From an uncultured Chloroflexia bacterium (lineage in GTDB: Bacteria > Chloroflexota > Limnocylindria > Limnocylindrales > CSP1-4), in assembly GCA_963746075.1 (NCBI GenBank), contig CAVUZY010000007.1, forward strand, positions 50,451 to 114,450: DNA of 64,000 nt, given 5' to 3'. Shown in pieces: positions 19,233 through 31,560 of the stretch (position 1 is the stretch's first letter; each line of letters opens with the position of its first letter). The position numbers and the translations under genes are program-made. The notes below the pieces were generated by a model. The model did not search any database and was not told where the DNA came from. It worked only from the letters and a program-made list of their open reading frames with translations.

Positions 19233-20273
19233 TCACGGCATCCACTTCTGCCACGTCGCCGCATTGGCGTCGATCCACTGCTTCGCCGCGTCGAGCTCCT
19301 TCATGCTCTTGTTCGTGATCGCGTCGGCGACCGAGTTCTGGTCGGCGTTCGACCACTGGAAGTTCTTGATGAACGTGGCGGCGTCGCCGGCGGTGTTCAT
19401 CCATTCGGTCCGGACGATCTTGTTCAGGGTGTAGGACGGGTAGTCGCAGGCGACCTTCTTCAGGTCGGCGTCGCAGCCCTCGGTCCAGGCCGGCAGCTTG
19501 ACCTGCACGAGCTCGATCTCGTTCAGCAGCCACTGCGGGTCGTAGAAGTAGCCGATGAGCGGCGTCTGGTTCTTGGTGGCCTCCTGGAAGGCCGTGATGG
19601 ACGCCGCCTCGCTGCCGGAGAACACGACCTTGAAGTTCAGCTTGAGGTTGGCGATCAGCGCCTCGTCGTACTGGACGAACGCCGGGCTGGCGCCGAGGAA
19701 CTGGCCCTTGTCGCCGGACTCGGAGGTCTTGAACAGGTCGGCGTACTTGTTCAGGTTGTTCCAGTCGGTGATGTCGGGGTACTTGTCGACCATCCACTTC
19801 GGGACGTACCAGCCGATGATCCCCTTGACGCCCATCGGACCGGCGTCGACCGCGAGCTTCTCGTCCTGGATGTACTTCTTCTCGAGCTCGGGATGGCCCC
19901 AGTTCTCGAGGATGACGTCGACTTCGCCGGTCTTGAAGCCGACCCACGCGACTTCCTCGGCGAGGGTGCTCGTCTCGACCTTGTAGCCCATCTGCTGGAG
20001 CAGGCACTGGGCGACCGCCACGTTGGCCGCGGCGCCGACCCACTCGTTGACCATCATCTTGACGGCGCCCTTGTCACCGGCACCCTCACACGTCGCGGCG
20101 GCGACGGCGCTCGGAGCGGCGGCGCTGGCGCCGGGCGCGACGCTGGCCGGTGCGCCGGCACTCGCGGCCTGCGTCGGCGCGGTGGTCGCACCCGACGACC
20201 TCGCGCAGCCGGCCAGGACCAGGCTGACCACGGCCACGGCCGCGAACCAGCGTCCCCATCGATTCCGTTGCAT
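19233..20273 (-). CDS. proX: Glycine betaine/choline/proline-betaine ABC transporter substrate-binding lipoprotein
   Basis: Lipobox VLAGC; GEVDVILENW, IGWYVP, GYFYDPQW (OpuAC family). Confidence 0.85.
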   Translation of the reverse strand: MQRNRWGRWFAAVAVVSLVLAGCARSSGATTAPTQAASAGAPASVAPGASAAAPSAVAAATCEGAGDKGAVKMMVNEWVGAAANVAVAQCLLQQMGYKVETSTLAEEVAWVGFKTGEVDVILENWGHPELEKKYIQDEKLAVDAGPMGVKGIIGWYVPKWMVDKYPDITDWNNLNKYADLFKTSESGDKGQFLGASPAFVQYDEALIANLKLNFKVVFSGSEAASITAFQEATKNQTPLIGYFYDPQWLLNEIELVQVKLPAWTEGCDADLKKVACDYPSYTLNKIVRTEWMNTAGDAATFIKNFQWSNADQNSVADAITNKSMKELDAAKQWIDANAATWQKWMP

Positions 20274-20298
20274 GTCTGGCGCTCCTCCTCTTGCCGGC

Positions 20299-22227
20299 TC
20301 AGCCGGCCTTTGCGACGGTGGTCCGGCGACGGGTTCCCGCGCCCTGGGTGATTCGATCCAGCATGATCCCGAGCAGGACGATCGCGACGCCGGCGGCCAG
20401 GCCCTTGCCGAAGTCCTTGCCCTGTGCCAGCCCGGTGATGACGTCGTAGCCTAGCGCGCCCGCGCCGACGAGGCCGCCGATCACGACCATGGCGAGGACG
20501 AGGACGATTCCCTGGTTGGCCGCCAGGAGCAGCGCTCGCATGGACAGCGGGAGGCGGACCTTCCAGAGGAGCTGTCGTTCGGTGGCGCCGGACATCGTGG
20601 CCGCCTCGACCACGGTCTCCGGCACGGATCGGATCCCGGCGTCGACCAGGCGGATGACCGGCGGGACCGCATAGATCACCGCGGCGACGATCGCGGTGAA
20701 CCGGGTCGGCTGGAACAGGGCCAGGGCCGGGATCAGGTACACGAAGGCCGGCAGCGTCTGGGCCGCGTCGAGGAGCGGTCGCAGGATGGCCCGGAGGCGG
20801 TCGCTCCGGGCGGTCAGGATCCCGATCGCGATCCCGATGATCAGCGTCAGCGCCGTCCCGACGAGGACGTTGGCGAGGGTCGCCATCGAGTGTCCCCAGA
20901 GCCCGACGAGGACGATGCCGATGAGGCAGATCCCCGCCGCGATCGAGGCCCGCCGGCCCGACAGGGACCAGGCGATCACCATGACGACGACGACCACGAG
21001 CCACCACGGCGATGACGTCAGGACGCCCTCGAGCGGGTTCAGGACGAGGTTCGTCGCCACGTTCTTGATGACGATCGTGATCCCCGAGAACGTGTCCGTG
21101 AACCAGTTGACCGACTCGTTGACGGCGCCCCGGAACGAGAACTGGATGTCGGTCGGGAAGCGCGTCGCGTCGACCGCGAACGGGGCGAGCAGGCCGCCAA
21201 GGGCGAGGCCGGCCGGACCGATCCAGCCGATCATCCGCTGCCGTCCCGCACGGCGCGTCCTGGTCCGGCCGCGCGGGTCCAGCCAGTCGCCGGCCGCATA
21301 CGTCACCCGATCGAGGATGATCGCCAGGATGACGATCGCGAGACCGGCGTCGAACGCGGCGCCGACGTCGACCTTCGAGACGGCGCTGAGGATCGTCCGG
21401 CCGAGGCCGGGCGCGCCGATGATCGCGGTGATCACGACCATCGAGAGGGCCATCATGATCGTCTGGTTGACGCCGAGGCCGATGGCCCGGCGAGCCAGGG
21501 GCAGCTGGACCTTGGCCAGGACCTGGCGGCTCGTCGAGCCCAGCGAGACCGCGGCCTCGACCGATCCGGGAGGCACGCCCCGGATGCCGAGCGCCGTGAT
21601 CCGGATCGCCGGCGGGATGGCGTAGATGAGGGTCGCGACCACCGAGGACGGCGCCCCGATGAAGAACAGCAGGACCATCGGCGTCAGATAGGCGAACGTC
21701 GGCAGGATCTGCATGACGTCGAGGATCGGGGCGAGGACGGCCGCGACGCGCTGGTTGCGGCCGGCCAGGATTCCGAGCGGGATCCCGATCGCGACGGCCA
21801 GGATCACCGCCGCCAGCATGAGCCCGAGGGTGGCCATGCTCTCGTCCCACAGGCCGAGCACGCCGAGCGACGCGAACCCGGCGATCGTCAGCACCGCCAG
21901 GCGCCAGCCGCCGAACACCAGGGCGAGAGCCGCACCGATCCCGATGATGCCCGGCCAGCCGAGCGACTCGATGGCCAGGTTGAACACGTCGACGAACGAC
22001 CCGATCGCCAGCCGGATCGGCTCGAGGACGGTGCGGTTCTCGTCGACGACGTCGCGGACCCCATTGAGCGTCCGGAACAGCGGCTCGTCGTCGTTGTGAG
22101 GCAGCGTCCACTGGTTCCGGAACAGGAGGTAGGCGAGGGCGGCCGCGCCGAGCAGGACGACCGCCAGCCCCCGTCGACCCGAGCGGGGGTCCCACCGGCT
22201 GCGGGCCGGCAGGCTGATCGCGGTCAC
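20299..22227 (-). CDS. proW: Glycine betaine ABC transporter permease with two fused ProW-type domains
   Basis: Two repeats: [13 protein letters not shown]...EAAVSLG and [13 protein letters not shown]...EAATMSG. Confidence 0.88.
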   Translation of the reverse strand: MTAISLPARSRWDPRSGRRGLAVVLLGAAALAYLLFRNQWTLPHNDDEPLFRTLNGVRDVVDENRTVLEPIRLAIGSFVDVFNLAIESLGWPGIIGIGAALALVFGGWRLAVLTIAGFASLGVLGLWDESMATLGLMLAAVILAVAIGIPLGILAGRNQRVAAVLAPILDVMQILPTFAYLTPMVLLFFIGAPSSVVATLIYAIPPAIRITALGIRGVPPGSVEAAVSLGSTSRQVLAKVQLPLARRAIGLGVNQTIMMALSMVVITAIIGAPGLGRTILSAVSKVDVGAAFDAGLAIVILAIILDRVTYAAGDWLDPRGRTRTRRAGRQRMIGWIGPAGLALGGLLAPFAVDATRFPTDIQFSFRGAVNESVNWFTDTFSGITIVIKNVATNLVLNPLEGVLTSSPWWLVVVVVMVIAWSLSGRRASIAAGICLIGIVLVGLWGHSMATLANVLVGTALTLIIGIAIGILTARSDRLRAILRPLLDAAQTLPAFVYLIPALALFQPTRFTAIVAAVIYAVPPVIRLVDAGIRSVPETVVEAATMSGATERQLLWKVRLPLSMRALLLAANQGIVLVLAMVVIGGLVGAGALGYDVITGLAQGKDFGKGLAAGVAIVLLGIMLDRITQGAGTRRRTTVAKAG

Positions 22228-23471
22228 CGTTCGTCGGGTGGGTCGCGCCGTTCGGCCACGGCGTCGGCCAGGTACTGCGTCGTCGCTTCGGTCGGCTTGC
22301 GGATCGGCTCCACGCGCTCCCGCGGCGGCTGGAAGGGCGGGCCGCTCGGATCGGCTGCGGCGGCGGACGGTCCGACGGCCGGATCGGCGCCGCCGATGGC
22401 TTCGAGGATGTGGGCACGGTCGACCACGCCGACGAGCTGGCCGTCGTCGACGACCCGGATCGGCTTCTCGGAGGCTGCCGCGGCGTGGATCACGGTCCGG
22501 ATCACGGCGGTCGACGGGAAGACCGGGCCGTCAACCGGATCGTCGGGGGTCGCCGGGCGCATGACCCAGCGGAGGGTCAGGACGTGCGCCTTCGGGATGT
22601 CGCGGACGAAGTCCTCGACGTACGCGTCGGCCGGCCTGGCAACGAGCTCCTCCGGCCGCCCGATCTGGACCACCTTCCCGCCGCGCATGATCATCACGTG
22701 GTCGCCGAGCTTGAGCGCCTCGGCGAGGTCGTGGGTGATGAACACCATCGTCTTCTTCAGGTCGCGGTGGAGCCGGATCACCTCGCTCTGCATGTCGCGC
22801 CGGATCAGCGGGTCGAGGGCGCTGAACGGCTCGTCGAGGAGCATCACCTCGGGATCGCCGGCGAGGGCCCGGGCCAGGCCGACCCGCTGCTGCTGGCCGC
22901 CCGACAGCTGGTCGGGGTAGCGGTCGGCCATCCCGTCGAGGCCGACGAGGCCGAGCATCTCCTCCGCCCGGGCCAGGCGGGTCACCTTGGGCTCGCCGCG
23001 CAGCTCCAGCCCGAACGCGATGTTCTCGAGCACCCGCCGATGGGGGAGCAGCCCGAAGTTCTGGAAGACCATCGAGAACCGCCGCCGGCGGAGCTCCCGA
23101 AGTCGCTCCTGGCTGGCGTTCCGGATGTCCTCGCCGTCGAGGTCGATCGCCCCGAAGGTCGGCTCGATCAGGCGGGTCAGGCAGCGGACGAGGGTCGACT
23201 TGCCGGAGCCCGACAGGCCCATCACGACGAAGACCTCACCGGGCCGGACGTCGAACGAGACGTCGCCGACGGCCATCGTCCCGCCGTGCTTCTGGACGGC
23301 CGCCTCGATCGCGTCGGCGCCGGGGACCTCCTTCGAGCTGGCCGCGAGGCGGCTCTCCGCCGGGCCGAAGATTTTCCAGAGGTTGCGGACGGCGATCGTG
23401 GCGCGACCGCCCGGATCCGGGCTCCCGGGGTCGGTGACACGCGGGGTGACGGGCTCGGCAACGCTGGTCAC
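22224..23471 (-). CDS. proV: Glycine betaine ABC transporter ATP-binding protein
   Basis: [53 protein letters not shown]. Confidence 0.9.
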   Translation of the reverse strand: MTSVAEPVTPRVTDPGSPDPGGRATIAVRNLWKIFGPAESRLAASSKEVPGADAIEAAVQKHGGTMAVGDVSFDVRPGEVFVVMGLSGSGKSTLVRCLTRLIEPTFGAIDLDGEDIRNASQERLRELRRRRFSMVFQNFGLLPHRRVLENIAFGLELRGEPKVTRLARAEEMLGLVGLDGMADRYPDQLSGGQQQRVGLARALAGDPEVMLLDEPFSALDPLIRRDMQSEVIRLHRDLKKTMVFITHDLAEALKLGDHVMIMRGGKVVQIGRPEELVARPADAYVEDFVRDIPKAHVLTLRWVMRPATPDDPVDGPVFPSTAVIRTVIHAAAASEKPIRVVDDGQLVGVVDRAHILEAIGGADPAVGPSAAAADPSGPPFQPPRERVEPIRKPTEATTQYLADAVAERRDPPDER

Positions 23472-23674
23472 GCAGCCTCCTCAGATGCGGGACGACGACG
23501 GCGACGCGTGCGGGGACGGTACACCACGCGCGGGTCGGCGGAACAGCCCTCGCCCGCGCCCGACCGGGCGGTACCATGGGCGCCCCCGGGATCCCCAGCG
23601 GCGATGCCGTCGCTTCCGGCTCGGGCGTGAGGGTGCGACCGCGCGCGTGGCGCGCGCAGGGTGGAGAGGCGAGC

Positions 23675-26196
23675 ATGAGTTCGGTTCCGGCGCAGGCACG
23701 CGTCGTCATCATCGGCGCCGGCATCGTGGGCAACAGCATGGCCTTCCACCTCGCCGATCAGGGCTGGCGGGACATGGTGCTCATCGAGAAGGGCATGCTG
23801 CCGAACCCCGGCGGCTCGACCGGCCACGCCTCGAACTTCATCTTCCTCACCGACCACAGCAAGGAGATGACGGCCCTCACCGTCGAGAGCGCCCGGCAGT
23901 ACCGCGAGCTCGGCGTCTTCGACGAGACCGGTGGCATCGAGGTCGCCCGGACGCCGGAGCGGATGGAGGAGCTCAAGCGGCGGATGGCGTCGTCGACGTC
24001 GTGGGGCATCGAGGGGACCCGCCTGCTCACCCCGGCCGAGGTCAAGGCGATGGTCCCGTTCATCGACGAGACGGTCATCCTCGGCGGCTTCTACTCGCCG
24101 GGCGTCGGGATCGTCGACTCGCTCCAGGCCGGGACGCTGATGCGCCAGAAGGCCCAGGAGATGGGGGCGCTGACGGTCGCCGCGAGCGTCGAGGTCACGG
24201 GGATCGACGTCGAGGACGGTCGCGTCCGGCGCGTCCACACCGACGCCGGCTCGATCGAGGCGGAGGTCGTCGTCATCGCCTGCGGCGTGTGGAGCCCGCG
24301 GATCGCGCGGATGGCCGGGGCGTCGATCCCGCTGACCCCGGCGGTCCACCAGATGATCGACATCGGTCCGGTCCCGATGTTCCAGGACACGACCCGCGAG
24401 GTCGGCTATCCGATCGTCCGCGACATGGACACGAACATGTACGAGCGGCAGCACGGGACCGGCTTCGAGATCGGCTCGTACGCCCACCGCGCGATCCTCA
24501 TGGACGCCGACGACATCCCGTCGATCGCCGCGTCCGCGCTGTCGCCGACGATGCTGCCGTTCACCCAGGAGGACTTCGATCCGCAGCTCGAGGACTCGCT
24601 CGAGCTCTTCCCGGCGATCGTCGGCGACGAGTCGGTCGGGGTGAAGCTGGCGATCAACGGCCTCCTGTCGCTGACGCCCGACGGCAACCCGATCATCGGC
24701 GAGACGCCCGAGGTCAAGGGTCTGTGGTCGGTCGCCGCCGTCTGGATCAAGGAGGCGCCGGGGATCGCCAAGACCGTCGCCGAGTGGATGACGAACGGCG
24801 AGCCGGAGATCGATCCACACGGCTCGGACATCGCCCGCTTCTACGACCACCACAAGACGGCCCAGCACATCGCGGCGCGAACGACCGAGGGCTACAACAA
24901 GACGTACGGGATCGTCCACCCGATGGAGCAGTGGGCCTCCAACCGGCCGATCCGCGTCTCCCCGGCGTACGATCGCCAGGTCGCGCTCGGCGCGGTGTTC
25001 TTCGAGGCGGCGGGCTGGGAGCGCCCGTTCTGGTACGAGTCGAACAAGCCCCTGCTCGACGAGTACGGCGAGCGGGTCATGCCGCGCGCCGCCGAGTGGG
25101 AGTCGCGCTGGTGGTCGCCGATCATCAACGCCGAGCACCTCGCGATGCGCGACCGGGCCGGGATGGTCGACCTGTCGGCCTTCGTGATCTTCGACGTCAG
25201 CGGGCCCGGCGCGTGCGCTTACCTCGAGCGGCTGTCCGTCAACAAGGTCGACGTCGCGCCCGGGCGGACGGTCTATACGCCGCTTCTCAACGGGGCCGGC
25301 GGGATCCTGGCCGACCTCACGATCATGCGTCTCGCCCAGGACCGCTTCCGGGTCGTGACCGGCGGCGGGATGGGCATGCGCGACAAGAAGCTGTTCACCG
25401 ACCAGCTGCCCGGCGACGGGTCGGCCCAGCTCCACGACGCGACGAACCAGTGGACGACGATCGGGCTGTGGGGCCCGCGCGCCCGCGATGTCCTCGCGGC
25501 GGTGACCGAGGCCGACGTCAGCCACGCCGGTTTCCCGTTCCTGACGTCGCACGACGGTCGACATCGACGGCGTCCGGACGCTGGCGTCGCGGATCAGCTA
25601 CGTCGGCGAGCTCGGCTGGGAGATCTACGTCCCGATCGAGCAGGGCCGCCGGGTCTGGGACGCGCTCTGGGAGGCCGGCCGTCCGCACGGGATGGCGCCG
25701 GTCGGGATCGGGACGTACGCGGTGACGGCCCGCCTGGAGAAGGGCTACCGGGCCCACGGCGCCGAGCTCGAGCTCGACTTCGACCTGGTCGAGGCCGGCA
25801 TGGCCCGGCCGACCGTCAAGGACGCCGACTTCATCGGCAAGGCGGCCTACCTCCGGCAGCCGCGCGGAGTCACCGGCGGCGATCCTGTGCACGCTGACCG
25901 TGGACGACCCGACGTCCAAGTCGGGCGTCAAGCGCTACATGCTGGGCCGCGAGCCGATCCTGACCCGCGACGGCGGGCGGATCGTCGACGCCAAGGGCCG
26001 CGGCTCGTACGTGACGAGCGCCGGCTCCGGCCCGTCGGTCGGGAAGCACCTGCTGATGGCGTACCTGCCGCCGAGCGAGGCCGTCGAGGGCAATCAGCTG
26101 CTCGTCGAGTACTTCGGCGAGCGCTACCCGGTGACCGTCGCCGTGGCCGGCGCGACGCCGCTCTTCGATCCCGAGAACGCCCGGATCCGGTCCTGA
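23675..26196 (+). CDS. GcvT-family FAD-dependent oxidoreductase (dimethylglycine/sarcosine dehydrogenase-like), frameshifts near 25550 and 25860
   Basis: IIGAGIVG FAD motif, GGSTGHA, GWERPFW, folate-binding GCV_T region, RLEKGYR, and C-terminal GYVTSA-like and FDPENAR. Confidence 0.9.
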
Positions 26197-26203
26197 TCTC
26201 GGC

Positions 26204-26980
26204 GTGAACATCCTCGTCTGCGTCAAGCGCGTCCCGGCGACCGGCGGCCGGATCGTCCTGACCGCCGACGGGTCGGACATCGACGTCCGCTACCTCGGGT
26301 TCACCGTCAGCCCGCACGAGGAGTGCGCCGTCGAGGAGGCGGTCCGGATCGTCGAGGCGGGCGGCGGCTCGAGCGTCGTCCTGACGCTCGGCCCAGCGGC
26401 CGCGGAGGAGCAGCTCCGCGACGCGATGGCGATCGGGATCGACCGGGCGATCCTGCTCGAGACCGACGGCCGGCGACTGGGACCCCGTCGCGACCGCCGA
26501 CGCGATCGTCGAGGCGATCCGGGCGCAGGAGGCGGCCGGAACGCCCATTCGACCTGATCCTGTTCGGCAATGAATCCGCCGACAGCGGCGGGTTCCAGGT
26601 CGGCATCCGGGTCGCCGCGCTGCTCGACCGGCCGTGCGTGACGGGCATCAAGGCGATCCAGCCCGGCGACGGCCGGCTCGTCGCGCGGCGCGAGGCGCCG
26701 GCCGGCGGCTGGGAGACGTTCGAGCTCCCGCTGCCCGCGGTCGTCTCGGTCAAGGAGGGGATCAACCTGCCGCGCTACCCGTCGATCCCGGGTCGGCTGC
26801 GGGCGAAGAAGAAGGAGATCGACCGGTCGACGCCGGCGTGGCGCTCGGGCGGCCTCGGAGAAGATCGTCCTGCGCCTGCCGAAGGAGGAGATCACCGCCG
26901 CCGAGGTGATCGGTCGCGGCGCGGACGCGGCGCCGGCCGTCGTCGACCTGCTCGCCCGGATCGGCGTGCTGGACCGATGA
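26204..26980 (+). CDS. etfB: Electron transfer flavoprotein beta subunit (two frameshifts)
   Basis: MNILVCVKRVP, DLILFGNESADSGGFQVG, LPAVVSVKEGINLPRYPS. Confidence 0.88.
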
Positions 26981-27977
26981 GCGCGCCCGTCCTCGCCCTC
27001 GTGACGATCACGGCCGGCGTCCCCGAGCGGGCCTCGCTCGAGGCGCTCGGTCTCGCCCGCCGGCTGGCGCGCCGAGACCGGTGCGACGCTCGAGGCCGTC
27101 CTCGTGCCGGACGGGTCAGGCGTCGCGCCCGCGGCGGCCGGCCTCGCCGGGCTCGGGATCGCGACGGCGATCGTCGTCGAGCACGCGGTCCTGACGGCCG
27201 ACCATCCCGACGGCTGGGCGGCCGCGATCGCCCAGATCGTCGAGGCGCGCACGCCCGCGGCCGTCGTCGGCGCCGGGACGGAGCGCGGCAACGAGGTCCT
27301 CGCCCGCGTCGCCGCCCGGCTGGCCTGCCGCTGGCCGCCAACTGCGTCGTCGGTCGAACCGGGCGAGCCGGTACCGGATCACCCGCCAGCGCTGGGCCGG
27401 CAGCCTCCTCGAGGAATGCTGGCTCGACGCCCCGATCCGGCTGCTGACGGTCGCCCCGAACGCGGTCCCGGCCGGCGAGCCCGACGGCGGCCGCCGCGCC
27501 GGCCGTCGAGACCGTCGCGGTGACCCTGTCCGAGCGCGACCTCGGCCTGTCGCGTCACGAGCCGCGAAGCGTCCGAGAAGGGCGGGATCTCGCTCGCCGA
27601 CGCGAAGGTCGTCGTCGGCGGCGGGCGAGGCGTCGGCAGCACCGAAGGGTTCGGCGACCTCGAGGAGCTGGCCGGGCTGCTCGGCGGCGCGGTCGGCGGC
27701 TCGCGGGTCGTGACGAGCGCCGGCTGGCGGCCGCACGCCGACCAGATCGGCCAGACGGGCCTGCGGATCGCGCCCGACCTGTACATCGCGTGCGGCATCA
27801 GCGGCGCGATCCAGCACATCGTCGGCTGCAAGGCGGCGAAGCGTCATCCTCGCGATCAACACCGATCCGGACGCGCCGATCATGGCCGTCGCCGACTACG
27901 CGGTGATCGGCGACCTGCACACGGTCGTCCCGGCGATCTCGGCCGAGATCCGGCGGCGGCGCGAAGCCCGCGCCTGA
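26977..27977 (+). CDS. etfA: Electron transfer flavoprotein alpha subunit (several frameshifts)
   Basis: [58 protein letters not shown]. Confidence 0.85.
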
Positions 27978-28043
27978 ACCCGGCATGCGCTCCGTCCGCG
28001 ATCGGCCATCCGCCGCGCGTCCGCTCTGCCCGCGTCGACGGAC

Positions 28044-29736
28044 ATGACCGAGCGCGCCTGGGACTACGTGATCGTCGGCGGCGGAAGCGCGGGCAGCGCC
28101 CTGGCAAACCGCCTCAGTGCCGATCCCGCGTACCCGCGTCCTGGTCCTCGAGGCCGGCCGCCCGGACTGGCGGTTCGACGTCTTCATCCACATGCCGTCG
28201 GCGCTGAGCTTCCCGATCGGCAGCCGGTTCTACGACTGGAAGTACGAGACCGAGCCGGAGCCGTTCATGGACGGCCGCCGGGTCTACCACGCCCGGGGCA
28301 AGGTCCTCGGCGGCTCGTCGAGCATCAACGGGATGATCTTCCAGCGCGGCAACCCGCTGGATTACGAGCGCTGGGCGGCCGATCCCGGGATGGAGACGTG
28401 GGACTACGCCCACTGCCTGCCGTACTTCAAGCGGATGGAGGACTGCACCGCGGCCGCGGCCGACGATCCGTGGCGCGGTCATGGCGGCCCGCTCGGCCTC
28501 GAGCGCGGGCCGGCGACGAGCCCGCTCTTCCAGGCCTGGTTCGAGGCCGCCCAGCAGGCCGGCTACCCGCTGACGAGCGACGTCAACGGCTACCGCCAGG
28601 AAGGTGTCGCGGCCTTCGACCGGAACATCCGGCGCGGACGCCGGATGAGCGCCGCCCGGGCGTACCTGCCGCGACCGGTCCGGCGCCGGAAGAACCTGTC
28701 CGTCCGGACCTCGACGCTCGTGACGAAGATCCACTTCGAAGGCCGGCGGGCGGTCGGCGTGGAGATCGAGCGGCACGGGGGAGGGACGGAGACGATCCGG
28801 GCCGGCGAGATCATCCTGGCCGGCGGCGCCTTCAACACGCCCCAGCTCCTCCAGCTCAGCGGGGTCGGGGCGGCCGCGGACCTCGCCCCGCTCGGCATCC
28901 CGGTGGTCGCCGACCTGCCGGGCGTCGGCGAGCACCTCCAGGACCATCTCGAGGTCTACATCCAGTACGGCTCGAGCCAGCCCGTGTCGATGCAGCCGGC
29001 CGCGACGCAGCTCTGGCGCCGGCCGTTCATCGGCGCCCAGTGGCTCTTCCTCCGGACCGGTCCGGGGGCCACGAACCACTTCGAGGCCGGCGGCTTCGTC
29101 CGCTCGAACGACGACGTCGCCTACCCGAACCTGATGTTCCACTTCCTGCCGCTCGCGATCCGCTACGACGGCACGCCGCGCCCCGAGCGATCATGGCTAC
29201 CAGGTCCACGTCGGGCCGATGTACTCGGATGCGCGGGGTACGGTGAAGGTCACCTCGACCGATCCCCATGTCCATCCGGCGATCCGGTTCAACTACCTCT
29301 CGACCGCCCAGGACCGGCGGGAGTGGGTGGAGGCGGTCCGCACGGCGCGGCGGATCCTGACCCAGCCGGCGTTCGCGCCGTATTCGACCGGCGAGCTGTC
29401 ACCCGGGCGCGGGCGTCGAGACGGACGAGGAGATCCTCGGCTGGGTCGCGAAGGATTCCGAGACGGCGCTCCATCCGTCGTGCACGGCGCGGATGGGCGT
29501 CGATCGCCGCCTCGGTGGTCGACCCGCTGACGATGCAGGTCCACGGCGTCGAGGGCCTGCGAGCGGTCGACGCGAGCGTCATGCCCTACGTCACCAACGG
29601 CAACATCTACGCCCCGGTGATGATGCTGGCGGAGAAGGCGGCCGACCTGATCGCCGGCAACACGCCGCTGCCGCCGGAGCCGATCCCGTTCTATCGCCAC
29701 GGGAGCTCGCCGCTCGAGGATCCGTCGCGGGGCTGA
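28044..29736 (+). CDS. betA: Choline dehydrogenase (GMC oxidoreductase), about four frameshifts
   Basis: [73 protein letters not shown]. Confidence 0.85.
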
Positions 29737-29766
29737 CGCCGTTGGAGCCGGCGATCCGTGGTGAGG

Positions 29767-30519
29767 CTACGCCTCGGGCGACGCCGGCTTCGCCGCTGCG
29801 GGATCGCGCAGCCCGCGAAGCAGGATGCTCACGAGGTCCTCGGCGGCTTGCGCGTCGGGCGCGACGCCGGAGGTCAGGAGCCGCATCAGCATCGTGCCCT
29901 GGACGATGTCCGACACGAGGCCCGGGTCGATGTCGGTCCGCAGGCCGGCGGCCGCCGCGCGCTCGGCGTACTCGCGGGCGATGTTGCCGTGGTTCGGGGT
30001 CACTCGCTCAACGAGGGTGCGGGCGGCAGCCGGGCCGCGGAGCGCTTCGCTCACGAACAGCGGCAGGAACCGCTGGAACGCCGGCTCGCTGAGGACGGCC
30101 GCGGCCCACGCGGCGCCGGTCGCGATGTCGCGCACGATGTCGCCGGACAGGGGGAACGGCTCGCGGCCCTTGACCTGGGCGAGGGCGGCCGCGATCAGGG
30201 CCTCGCGCGTCGGGTAGCGGCGGTACACGGTCGCGCGAGCCACGCGTGAGCGAGACACGACCGCGCTCATCGTCAGGCCGGCGAGCCCGACCTCGGACAG
30301 GAGCGCCATGGCTGCGTCGAGAATGGCCCGATCGGCGGTGCCACTGCGCGGCCGGCCGATCCGGCGCGGGACCACCGGGACGGGAACGACGTGCGGACGG
30401 TGGGCCGTCGCCTCGCCCTGGCCGTTCGTCCCGCCGCGCGGGCTGCCGCCCGCTGGACGGGACTTCCGGGCGGTCGTGGTGCTCGCGGTTGACGTGCGGA
30501 CGGTTTGCGGTGTCGACAC
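29767..30519 (-). CDS. TetR/AcrR family transcriptional regulator
   Basis: [20 protein letters not shown]...[14 protein letters not shown]. Confidence 0.9.
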   Translation of the reverse strand: MSTPQTVRTSTASTTTARKSRPAGGSPRGGTNGQGEATAHRPHVVPVPVVPRRIGRPRSGTADRAILDAAMALLSEVGLAGLTMSAVVSRSRVARATVYRRYPTREALIAAALAQVKGREPFPLSGDIVRDIATGAAWAAAVLSEPAFQRFLPLFVSEALRGPAAARTLVERVTPNHGNIAREYAERAAAAGLRTDIDPGLVSDIVQGTMLMRLLTSGVAPDAQAAEDLVSILLRGLRDPAAAKPASPEA

Positions 30520-30538
30520 CCGACGACCATACCATCCA

Positions 30539-30564
30539 TTTGATACTAGACAGGGTGTATCAAA
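30539..30564. promoter_or_regulatory. Putative TetR operator (inverted repeat)
   Basis: TTTGATAC-N10-GTATCAAA perfect 8-bp arms 20 nt upstream of the tetR start. Confidence 0.7.
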
Positions 30565-30668
30565 ACGTACCGGTGCGGGCACGCCGGACCTTCGTCAGTC
30601 GGCCCCGCCCCGGGCACGATCCGGCTGCCGCGGGCGACGAGCCGCGAACGGACGAGCCAGGCGGTTCA

Positions 30669-31422
30669 TCAGCCGGCCTGACGGAGGCGGCGCGACAGTC
30701 GGGCCGCGGATTCCACGAGCAGCTCGGCGATCCGCGTCTCGCTGCCCGGGCTGGGGAAGCGGTAGGCGGGTCCGTGGACGTGGATCGCAGCGACGATTTC
30801 GCCGCTCGAGTCGGCGATCGCCGGCCGCGACCGACGCGATCCCGTCCGCGTACTCGCCGTTCGTCCAGGCATGCCCGTCGAGCTGGATCCGCTGGAGGCG
30901 TGCCCGGAGCTCGTCCGCGTCGGTCATCGTGCGGGCCGTGAACCGCTCGAGCGGCCGGCCCAGGTACGCCTCGATCCGGTCGCGCGGCCGGAGGGCGAGG
31001 ACCGCCAGGCCGGACGACACCGCGTGGAGCGGAATCCGCGATCCGGTCCAGTCGCGAACCCCGACCGGCTGGTCGCTGTCGACCTGCTCGACGTAGTGGA
31101 TAGCGTCGCCTTCCGGGATCGACAGGCCGGCCGCCTCGCCGATCGCCGCCGCGAGCTCGGCCAGCTGCGGCCGGGCAATGGCGACGAGGCCGCGGGCCGC
31201 GGCGAGGCCGGTGGCGAGGCTCTCGATCCGCGGCCCGAGCCGGTAGCGCGTCTCGCCGGGCAGCTGCTCGACGGCGCCTTCGCGGGCGAGCGACGCGAGC
31301 ATCCGGGCGGCGGTCGACTTGGGCAGGTCGACCCGATCGGCGACCTCGGTGACCCCGATGGGGCCGTCGGTCAACGCTCCGAGCACCGCGAACGCTCGCT
31401 CGATCGACTGGACTCTGGACAC
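30669..31422 (-). CDS. IclR family transcriptional regulator, frameshift near 30830
   Basis: VQSIERAFAVL...LPKSTAARMLASL...YRLG, LHAVSSG, GIASVAA. Confidence 0.9.
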
Positions 31423-31454
31423 GCGACTCCCCGTGGACTAGATTCGGCTCCTGC

Positions 31455-31489
31455 GTTCCATCATACGGCACCGTTCCACGATGTGGAAC
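31455..31489. promoter_or_regulatory. Putative IclR operator pair in the divergent iclR/corrinoid-operon promoter
   Basis: Perfect palindrome GTTCCAC-GAT-GTGGAAC at 31473-31489 and a degenerate copy GTTCCATCATACGGCAC at 31455-31471. Confidence 0.7.
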
Positions 31490-31560
31490 CCCCGACGTGA
31501 GATGATGGCGGTCCTCGGTCGGCGGGCGGAGCGCGAGCCGACGGTCAGGGAGCATCACGC

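Noticed and set aside
31423-31560. Cobalamin riboswitch before the corrinoid operon
   Set aside because: The gap is short, is occupied by the IclR-type palindromes, and lacks a B12-box.
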